From a virus: a DNA stretch of 5,521 nt. The notes below the pieces were generated by a model. The model was given only the letters and a program-made list of their open reading frames with translations. It ran no database searches and was not told the origin of the DNA. Where the stretch lies: UHGV virus genome UHGV-0250278. One strand, written 5' to 3'. Of the stretch, positions 1 through 5,521 are shown piece by piece (positions within the stretch are counted from its first letter, which is position 1; every line of letters begins with the position of its first letter). Both the position numbers and the translations under genes were made by a program.

Positions 1-1107
1 CCTTTTTTCTGTGTATTCTCTGATTACCTTTCCTGTTTTTCCTCCGATTACCATGTTTCCTACTACTTGCGCCAGCTTGAGGATCGTGTTTGCTATTTCG
101 GTCCAGTATTGAAGTTCTCGCAGGTCTGCGGTTGCCTCTTCGGTTCTCTTTTTTACTTCGAGCATCTTTGTTTCTGCTTTCTGGGTCTCGCCTGCTGCAT
201 AATAGTATGCTGCTTGCGCCATCCCGCTGCATGCATCCGCGTTTATTTTTCTGATCTCTGCCGATAGTTTTTCGTCTGCGTATATGCTTTCTAAAGTTTT
301 GATCGCTGCCGTTCCTTCGAGGATCTGTTTTTCAGCTGCCATCATATCGCCTTGGAATGATTCCTCTCCGAATACGATTTTGCCGAATTTGTCATCCTCT
401 ATTTCAAAGTACTTCGGTATTTCGATTTCTTTACCGTTGATTGTCGTTTTCTCTGTAGGTTGCCATTTTACCATCTGGTCCCATAGTTGATTTGCCGTGT
501 CGATAAAGCCTTTCCAGCCTTCGAACATTTCTTGTTTTACTTGCCATATTCTTTTTTCGATTATTGACGTGGTTTCTTCTTTGTTCTTGCCTGCCTCTGC
601 TTTAAGTGCTTCTGCCTGGGTATTGAGTAGGTTGATTTCTGCTTCGTTCTTTCGTTCGCTCATCCGTACTTGTCGTAAGGACATCAATGCTTGCAGTTGT
701 GCGTTAGGATCGGCTGCTGATCCTGCTCCTGTGGCTCCCGTTGCGCCCATTGGAGCACCTGTTGTCGAGCCGGCTCCTCCACCTCCGGCACCTCCTTTGC
801 CGTACATTAAGCCGGGAGATAATCCCGCGGCGTCCATTTGCGCTACTTGGTTAGCGTAGCTTTGGTCTTGGTAGGTTCTGTTGTATAATACTTGCTGTCT
901 TTCGAATGCGTTCTCCGCAGCCATCTCTCCGTATTTATAGTTTATTTTGGCCGCATTCTCTACCATCTCTTTCTGCTGCTCTATCTGTTTCTTCCTGCCT
1001 ATGCCGAATGTGTTGAGGATTCCTTGTGCTTTGCCTACGATTCCTGAGAGAGGATTCATAAAGTCTTCTCCTTTTTCGAGTAATTTCAGTAGATCTTCGA
1101 ATTTCAT
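1..1107 (-). CDS. DNA pilot protein (VP2 / gpH-like minor capsid protein); 369 codons to the window edge, 3' end wraps or is truncated
   Basis: Manual translation from ATG 1107 (MKFEDLLKLLEKGEDFMNPLSGIVG...) is open to position 1. It contains the pilot-protein signature QMDAAGLSPGLMYG (GLSPGLMYG at 825-799), a Gly/Ala-rich linker, and long Q/E/K/A-rich helical segments (EAEINLLNTQAEALKAEAGK). Confidence 0.9.
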   Translation of the reverse strand, partial: MKFEDLLKLLEKGEDFMNPLSGIVGKAQGILNTFGIGRKKQIEQQKEMVENAAKINYKYGEMAAENAFERQQVLYNRTYQDQSYANQVAQMDAAGLSPGLMYGKGGAGGGGAGSTTGAPMGATGATGAGSAADPNAQLQALMSLRQVRMSERKNEAEINLLNTQAEALKAEAGKNKEETTSIIEKRIWQVKQEMFEGWKGFIDTANQLWDQMVKWQPTEKTTINGKEIEIPKYFEIEDDKFGKIVFGEESFQGDMMAAEKQILEGTAAIKTLESIYADEKLSAEIRKINADACSGMAQAAYYYAAGETQKAETKMLEVKKRTEEATADLRELQYWTEIANTILKLAQVVGNMVIGGKTGKVIREYTEKR

Positions 1108-1201
1108 TTTCGTTCTTTTTTTAAAAAGAATTTGTACTTATGTTCTTGTTATATATGTATAAACGTCTACCGCTCTGTGCCACATATATTTACGAGGGTT
1201 A

Positions 1202-1232
1202 AAAGAGGGGGGCGGAAATATCCCCCCTCTTT
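1202..1232 (-). terminator. Intrinsic (Rho-independent) terminator-like hairpin, possibly bidirectional
   Basis: Perfect 11-bp inverted repeat AAAGAGGGGGG (1202-1212) / CCCCCCTCTTT (1222-1232) with a 9-nt loop. It ends in TTTT on the minus strand, ~30 nt downstream of the 1262 stop. Confidence 0.75.
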
Positions 1233-1261
1233 GAGTTTTGGTAGATCTTTATACGACTGCT

Positions 1262-1585
1262 TTAGCTTTTTTCGGGATTGGTTTTTTCTTCTGTCCCGAA
1301 ATCTTTTACGGCTTCGGTTTCGCCCTTGCTTTTTGCGACTTGGTTTGCTACGCTTTGATTGATTTTATCTATTGCGTCTATCGCTACTTCGAATCGATCT
1401 GTCCTTATGTCGAATTCGGGTTGTACTCCATTTTTCTTTTCTGTGTAGATTGTTGGAAATACTCCATCTTCCATGTCATTGGATTCTCCACTGATTATTT
1501 TTCTTAGTTTTACCTCTCTTGGTTCTGCTTGATATGTGAGATTCGGATCATTGATCCATCCTCTTCTACTTTTTGCTGTTTTCAT
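1262..1585 (-). CDS. Conserved microvirus protein, 107 aa; putative internal scaffolding (VP3-like) protein
   Basis: Starts 4 nt after the VP1 stop. The PTIYTEKKNGVQPEFDIRTDRFEVAIDAIDK motif resembles the small post-capsid ORF of Alpavirinae-like genomes. The scaffolding function is inferred from size and position only. Confidence 0.8.
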   Translation of the reverse strand: MKTAKSRRGWINDPNLTYQAEPREVKLRKIISGESNDMEDGVFPTIYTEKKNGVQPEFDIRTDRFEVAIDAIDKINQSVANQVAKSKGETEAVKDFGTEEKTNPEKS

Positions 1586-1589
1586 GGTA

Positions 1590-3632
1590 TTATAAATTTG
1601 GAATTTGTTTTGCTGACATTACTCGGCGTGCTGTTACATCGAACGCCACTTGGACCCAGAAGTTTTGCGAGCTCAGTCTCGATTCCGCGAATATATTGTT
1701 ATATATTGTCGGATCGATGTACGTCGACGCGTTAGAAATTGTTCTATCTGTATTTTCTTCGTATACCCTGTTCAAGCACATGAACGCTAAAGGCATTCCC
1801 GCGGCAAATTCGCCGTATGTTTCGTTTACATCTGTTGTGTATTCGATCCATGACGGTTGTTTTCCAAATGATTGGAATGTTTCTTTGTAGTTTTCATTGA
1901 GTTCTGTACTCCATGCTGCTGCTTCTTCTGCGATTAGTTCTTGGAATCCGATTGCGTCTAATGTCGGCTTATGGAAGTCATCCATGTTTTGCAATCTTGT
2001 CCACCATTTGTTGCCTTGGCTGTAATCTACTCGAGGTGTAATTGATCCTAAAGCCATGATCATACTCGGTTCTGTGCATTTGATTTTCAAGCCCCTTCCG
2101 GATTTATACATAGTTGCAATTCCTCGCCCGGCAAGTGTTCCCAATGGTTCTTCTTCTGTCGCTGAGTTTGATACGATTTCATCGAATGCGATTTCGCTCT
2201 GCATTCCGCCGCAGAATATAGGTGATTCAGGCAGTGTTGCGCTTCTGATTCCGTATGTCGCTTCTCTCCATGCTTGGTAGGTGCCATCTGTAATGGCTAC
2301 GCGGTTCAGCATGTTGAAGATCTTCTTCTGGAGGATCAGAGCGTCCATGGTGAGTTTTCCATCGGTTACATCTACCGCTGTAATTGCGTTGATTCCACCT
2401 GTCGTTCCGTCGATCCATTCGGTGTTCAGCCAGTTGTTGAATCTGTCGCTAAGGTATGTTTTTACTGCTAATCCCGCTTGTGAGAACCACGCATTTGAGC
2501 TGTTATATATTTTCGTGCGGTTGTAGTTTGGCAGTTCTATAGTTCCCGTTGCAGCTCCGTACGGCATTCTTACATTGCTCAGTATGTATGCCGAGGTGCT
2601 TTTTGCTGTTAAGATTTCGGTTCGTGTATCGTCGATGTTTTTTAGTGGAAATGGTGTTAATTTGATTTTTTGGTTGTCCGGCATTGTTATCAGATTCTCT
2701 CCGGCCGCATTGTTGTTGTATGCGATCGTGATAGTCTTTTTGACTTTATACGCGTAGACATTGGTTGCTTTTTTCGGGTTGTCCGGTGCCTTGATTCCCA
2801 GTGCATTCGGGTCTGTTCGTTCGAATATGAAGGAGTCACCGAGTTTCGTCAGACTGTTTGATACTGCAGTTGTATTGGGATTATTCGTTAAGAACTGGAT
2901 CTCATTAACCTCTTCGGGTGAGATGTCCTCCTCGAAATCCAGCTTAATGTACTTCGGTTTTGTTTCTGTTGGATCGATCTTGTATGCTGCACTTTTGTTA
3001 TCCTGCCATGACTTGGTCCAGGTAACCCCATCGCCTACACTAAGTGTCTTCCAAATATGGTTTATTCCGGTGATTACGTATGCGTTTTCTTCCTGTTTGT
3101 TGGCGTAATAGTTTTTGACTATATCCCAGTATGCCAGGTTGAATATCGCGGGGAATCTTCGAAGGTATTGATTGGTTATAGAGTATCCGAATCCTTTTAT
3201 TCCCAAGTACGAGAGTAGCGAGCTTGGGTTGACTTGCCCTCTATTGGTGTCTTTTTTATAGATTGATGTGTTAGCGGAGTATACTTCGAATTGCGGCAGT
3301 AATACTTTGTTCATGTTTAGCCCCACCCCCAAAGCATTATTATGCAATGTTGCTATGTAAAGCCTGATTGGAATTACGAATACATCGATTTGATGTTTGA
3401 AGCTTCCGAATACAGGTCCGGTTGTTGGCAGCGTTTTTACTTTTGTTGTGATGTCGACGTAGAACGTTGTCCCATCCAAACCTATTTGACACCAGTAGGG
3501 AACGATTGTTCCGCACGCTTGTGATGTTCGGATTATTTTTCCTACGTTATGTGATGATCTACCGAAATTAGGCAGATATACTTCCATTTTGTTTTCGCTT
3601 CGGAGTCTGTCTCCTCCTAATGTTTTTTTCAT
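1590..3632 (-). CDS. Major capsid protein (VP1 / gpF family), 680 aa
   Basis: Microvirus MCP motifs: GTIVP, TLPTTGPVFGSFKHQIDVFVIPIRLY, LAYWDIVKNYYANKQEE, GLAVKTYLSDRFNNWL, LGTLAGRG, SITPRVDYSQG, DDFHKPTLDAIGFQ, GKQPSWIEY, and C-terminal QNFWVQ...RRVMSAKQIPNL. Confidence 0.97.
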   Translation of the reverse strand: MKKTLGGDRLRSENKMEVYLPNFGRSSHNVGKIIRTSQACGTIVPYWCQIGLDGTTFYVDITTKVKTLPTTGPVFGSFKHQIDVFVIPIRLYIATLHNNALGVGLNMNKVLLPQFEVYSANTSIYKKDTNRGQVNPSSLLSYLGIKGFGYSITNQYLRRFPAIFNLAYWDIVKNYYANKQEENAYVITGINHIWKTLSVGDGVTWTKSWQDNKSAAYKIDPTETKPKYIKLDFEEDISPEEVNEIQFLTNNPNTTAVSNSLTKLGDSFIFERTDPNALGIKAPDNPKKATNVYAYKVKKTITIAYNNNAAGENLITMPDNQKIKLTPFPLKNIDDTRTEILTAKSTSAYILSNVRMPYGAATGTIELPNYNRTKIYNSSNAWFSQAGLAVKTYLSDRFNNWLNTEWIDGTTGGINAITAVDVTDGKLTMDALILQKKIFNMLNRVAITDGTYQAWREATYGIRSATLPESPIFCGGMQSEIAFDEIVSNSATEEEPLGTLAGRGIATMYKSGRGLKIKCTEPSMIMALGSITPRVDYSQGNKWWTRLQNMDDFHKPTLDAIGFQELIAEEAAAWSTELNENYKETFQSFGKQPSWIEYTTDVNETYGEFAAGMPLAFMCLNRVYEENTDRTISNASTYIDPTIYNNIFAESRLSSQNFWVQVAFDVTARRVMSAKQIPNL

Positions 3633-3635
3633 GGT

Positions 3636-3941
3636 TTATTCTTCTTGAGTGTTTATCATTTGATTATTTACGTGTGAAATGAATATGAGAGCTGCGGTTA
3701 AGATGTCATCCCACGTTTTTTTAGATAGATGTTCTTCGGCCTCTTCTTTAGTGTCGAATTCTTTTCCGTTTACGAGTGCTCCGCACGTTGTGATTACCCA
3801 TTTGTTTTTTTTGTTGCGGATCAGTACGAACGGGCCGTTTTCTGATATTTCCCTGTCTTCGATTTCGAGGTTTACGTTTTCGATTTCCCCTTCTTTTTTC
3901 TGGCTTTCAGCGAGTAGCTGATTTCTGAATCTCTTGTTCAT
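3636..3941 (-). CDS. Hypothetical protein, 101 aa (MNKRFRNQLL...), upstream of capsid gene
   Basis: Track ORF 3636..3995. ATG 3941 is preferred because it lies 1 nt after the 56-aa ORF stop. It ends 3 nt before the VP1 ATG. The GPF...G...F.T.EEA...W..I pattern resembles small conserved proteins I recall from Bacteroidota microviruses (not verified). Confidence 0.8.
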   Translation of the reverse strand: MNKRFRNQLLAESQKKEGEIENVNLEIEDREISENGPFVLIRNKKNKWVITTCGALVNGKEFDTKEEAEEHLSKKTWDDILTAALIFISHVNNQMINTQEE

Positions 3942-3942
3942 G

Positions 3943-4113
3943 TTACTTGATTTTTGTTGTTGTTGATACTTCGATTGTGTCGATTTTGATACCATTTGCT
4001 TTGAGGAAGTGCTTGTGAGTGCATCCTTGCTCCATGATCACGGCAGCTGCTGCGCCGATCGCAGCTGCTATTACCGCGATCCACTTTACGATCTTCTTTA
4101 CTTTTTCATTCAT
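3943..4113 (-). CDS. Small membrane/lipoprotein-like protein, 56 aa (absent from the ORF track)
   Basis: Manual translation: MNEKVKKIVKWIAVIAAAIGAAAAVIMEQGCTHKHFLKANGIKIDTIEVSTTTKIK*. Basic N-terminus, ~17-aa hydrophobic stretch, then G-C31. ATGA overlap upstream, and TAA-C-ATG junction downstream, so it exactly fills the gap between neighbours. Confidence 0.8.
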   Translation of the reverse strand: MNEKVKKIVKWIAVIAAAIGAAAAVIMEQGCTHKHFLKANGIKIDTIEVSTTTKIK

Positions 4114-4358
4114 AGGTTTAGTGATAATTGAGTGTTGTTTTTTTTGACTATTACTATTCTTCTGACAGTAGGTTCGAACAGTTGCTTTCTTTCGTTGTAT
4201 GTCCAGTCAGCTATTTCATAGAAACTAACTCCGGTTCTTTGTGGTTTTTGAGTTTCTACGTATTCTTTACTGCATATTTCCCCATCTTCTGTTATGTAGT
4301 ATGTTCCTTCGTATTTGAAGTTTCGTCGAGATACTCTTTCGGCGCCGATTAGTTTCAC
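4110..4358 (-). CDS. Hypothetical protein, 82 aa from GTG 4358 (118 aa if ATG 4466 is used), C-terminal QLSLNL clamp-binding-like motif
   Basis: GTG at 4358-4356 overlaps the upstream TGA, and its own TGA (4112-4110) overlaps the next ATG. Globular-looking sequence MKLIGAERVSRRNFKYEGTYYITEDGE...RRIVIVKKNNTQLSLNL. The start codon is uncertain. Confidence 0.7.
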   Translation of the reverse strand: MKLIGAERVSRRNFKYEGTYYITEDGEICSKEYVETQKPQRTGVSFYEIADWTYNERKQLFEPTVRRIVIVKKNNTQLSLNL

Positions 4359-4546
4359 AAGATTGTTACCTCTGTCTCCGATGGCTCCTCTTCCTCTGCT
4401 GGCATCATTATTTTGTTTCGTACTAATATCTCCTCCAGCCTTTTGATTCCAGACTCTGTTTTCCATAGTTCACGAGTTAGTTGCTGTTTTTTTATGAGTA
4501 GGTCTGCATATCCGTTGCATACTTCCCTTTTTTCTCTTTCCGTCAT
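4355..4546 (-). CDS. Small hypothetical protein, 63 aa, predicted helical/coiled-coil with acidic tail
   Basis: ATG preceded by an A-rich tract with A at -3. Heptad-like Leu pattern (LLIKKQQLTRELWKTESGIKRLEEIL). Overlaps the Rep 3' end by 77 nt, and its TGA overlaps a GTG that starts the next ORF (GTGA). Confidence 0.6.
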   Translation of the reverse strand: MTEREKREVCNGYADLLIKKQQLTRELWKTESGIKRLEEILVRNKIMMPAEEEEPSETEVTIL

Positions 4547-5381
4547 ATTTTTTGATTGATTGCCAGTATTTTACTGCGTTTACATATTCCTTGTATTGTT
4601 CTATTGTTTCTACTTTAATAGGGGTTTTGTTGTAGTACTTTGTTTGCTTCTCCTCCTTTATGATTCGAAGGGCTTCGCGTTCTTGGTCTGTCCATATTTT
4701 TAGTTTGTAGTATGTTGGTAGTGCGATTTTTATTCCTGATCCTGTTCTGTATGTTTCTTCCGTGAATCTGTCTTGATACTTGTGCCTTCTGAGTGTGTTT
4801 TTGTTTATGTAACCTATTCCGATCTTTTTTGAAGTGAATATTTTTCCGTTGAATTCGGGGTTTTCTTCGTCTCTTTTCGTTATGTATTTTACGATGTAGT
4901 TTATTGTTTTTTCATTTACTTCATACCCGAAGAATATCCAGCCGTACCCCCATTCTTTTTCGAATTGTTCTTCTGTTAGTTCTGTCCATATAATGCCGTG
5001 CAGGTGTATTCTTTTGGTATTGTCATGTCCCATTTCTGTGACTAACCAGTGTTTGAGTGGTTTTTTATATTTTTTCCACCATCGTTTTCTAAATAGGCTG
5101 ATTGCTTTTTGAGGAGCTTTGTTCGGTTCTTTTTCGTCATATTCCAGTTTTTTTAAGCTTTCTTCGGAGAATGTTAGTGTTGCAAATATAATGTTTTTTG
5201 GATTGGATTTTATTTCTTCCATTAATCTTACTCTCCATTCATTTGCTTTTGCGTGTCTGCATTCTTCGCAGTGTCCGCATGGAATTTGGATCCATTTCAG
5301 ACGACGGTCCCTTATTCTTTTGCTGTTTTTGTTCGATTTGGCGTACTTTGGATTCTCTATGATACTCGGATATAGGCACAC
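4470..5381 (-). CDS. Rolling-circle replication initiation protein (VP4/Rep, HUH endonuclease), 303 aa, GTG start
   Basis: N-terminal MCLYP, Cys cluster IPCGHCEECR, motif I FATLTF, motif II RIHLHGII (HUH), motif III YIVKY (catalytic Tyr), plus SKKIG and LPTYYK segments typical of microvirus Reps. Confidence 0.96.
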   Translation of the reverse strand: MCLYPSIIENPKYAKSNKNSKRIRDRRLKWIQIPCGHCEECRHAKANEWRVRLMEEIKSNPKNIIFATLTFSEESLKKLEYDEKEPNKAPQKAISLFRKRWWKKYKKPLKHWLVTEMGHDNTKRIHLHGIIWTELTEEQFEKEWGYGWIFFGYEVNEKTINYIVKYITKRDEENPEFNGKIFTSKKIGIGYINKNTLRRHKYQDRFTEETYRTGSGIKIALPTYYKLKIWTDQEREALRIIKEEKQTKYYNKTPIKVETIEQYKEYVNAVKYWQSIKKYDGKRKKGSMQRICRPTHKKTATNS

Positions 5382-5485
5382 TGTTTTTAATTGAATTTTT
5401 CCCTTTTAAAATCGTTTTTTCTACCATTTCGTTGTTACGGTCTTGTCTAATCCTTTAAATTGCATTTCCGGATCGTAGTGTTGTG

Positions 5486-5521
5486 TTACTGTTGTTGAAT
5501 TCTTGGGGGTGTTTCGCTCAT
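5486..5521 (-). CDS. Probable C-terminal continuation of VP2 across the circular junction (MSETPPRIQQQ*); an alternative frame ends at 5421
   Basis: Joining position 1 to 5521 gives ...AAA AGG|ATG AGC GAA ACA CCC CCA AGA ATT CAA CAA CAG TAA (380 aa total). This assumes an exact circular join. Confidence 0.5.
   Translation of the reverse strand: MSETPPRIQQQ

Larger units (their letters stand above)
1..5521 (-). mobile_element. Microviridae ssDNA phage genome, probably circular and near-complete; Alpavirinae-like, probable Bacteroidota host
   Basis: Contains the microvirus hallmark set (HUH Rep, ~680-aa major capsid protein, pilot protein), all co-oriented. The 5.5 kb size is typical, no host genes are present, and the reading frame leaving position 1 can continue at 5521. 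Confidence 0.95.

Noticed and set aside
715..800. GC-rich quasi-repeats (GCTCC/CCTCC)
   Set aside because: They encode the Gly/Ala-rich linker of VP2 and are not a CRISPR array or tandem repeat element.
1108..1261. dif-like XerC/D attachment site, as reported for temperate microviruses
   Set aside because: The region is AT-rich, but I could not identify a convincing XerD arm or 11-6-11 dif layout by eye, and no flanking host DNA indicates integration.
2087..2418. Minus-strand alternate-frame ORFs 2087..2287 and 2227..2418 inside VP1 (possible gpE-like overprinted lysis genes)
   Set aside because: No hydrophobic transmembrane segment, no recognisable motif, and lengths expected by chance.
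3942..3995. Track start at 3995 for the 119-aa ORF
   Set aside because: This extension overlaps the 56-aa ORF and is low-complexity. ATG 3941, 1 nt after that ORF's stop, fits better.
4043..4068. Two GCAGCTGC palindromes (4043-4050, 4061-4068)
   Set aside because: Explained by consecutive Ala codons in the 56-aa ORF.
5183..5190. TATATTTG on the minus strand, matching the Bacteroidota -7 promoter box TAnnTTTG (also TAGGTTTG at 3484-3477)
   Set aside because: Both lie inside coding regions, and I saw no properly spaced -33 TTTG for the 5190 site. Short matches like these are expected by chance.
67..5394. All plus-strand ORFs in the track (e.g. 497..859, 1573..1890, 2761..3108, 3679..3921, 5119..5394)
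   Set aside because: They are antisense shadows of clear minus-strand genes. Their F/S/L/C-rich composition follows from the T-rich plus strand, and microvirus genes are normally co-oriented.
1..5521. GATC avoidance as in phiX174; integrase, reverse transcriptase/DGR, tRNA or CRISPR elements
   Set aside because: GATC occurs many times, and no such genes, template/variable repeat pairs or arrays were seen.

Overview
The window looks like a complete or near-complete ~5.5 kb Microviridae (circular ssDNA phage) genome, most similar in architecture to Bacteroidota-associated 'Alpavirinae'-like microviruses. It appears linearised inside the pilot-protein gene. All credible genes are on the minus strand. 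In transcription order they are: HUH rolling-circle Rep/VP4 (5381-4470), four tightly coupled small ORFs (63, 82 or 118, 56 and 101 aa), major capsid protein VP1 (3632-1590), a putative scaffolding-like protein (1585-1262), a ~150 nt intergenic region with a terminator hairpin, and DNA pilot protein VP2 (1107 to the left edge, apparently continuing at 5521). The ORF track misses two genes: VP2, which runs off the edge, and a 56-aa membrane/lipoprotein-like protein. The core genes belong to a known family. The most interesting part is the small-ORF cassette, where one protein ends in a beta-clamp-binding-like motif (QLSLNL) and is coupled by an ATGA overlap to a membrane peptide that is a candidate single-gene lysis or exclusion factor. 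All assignments come from reading motifs by eye; no database searches were run.
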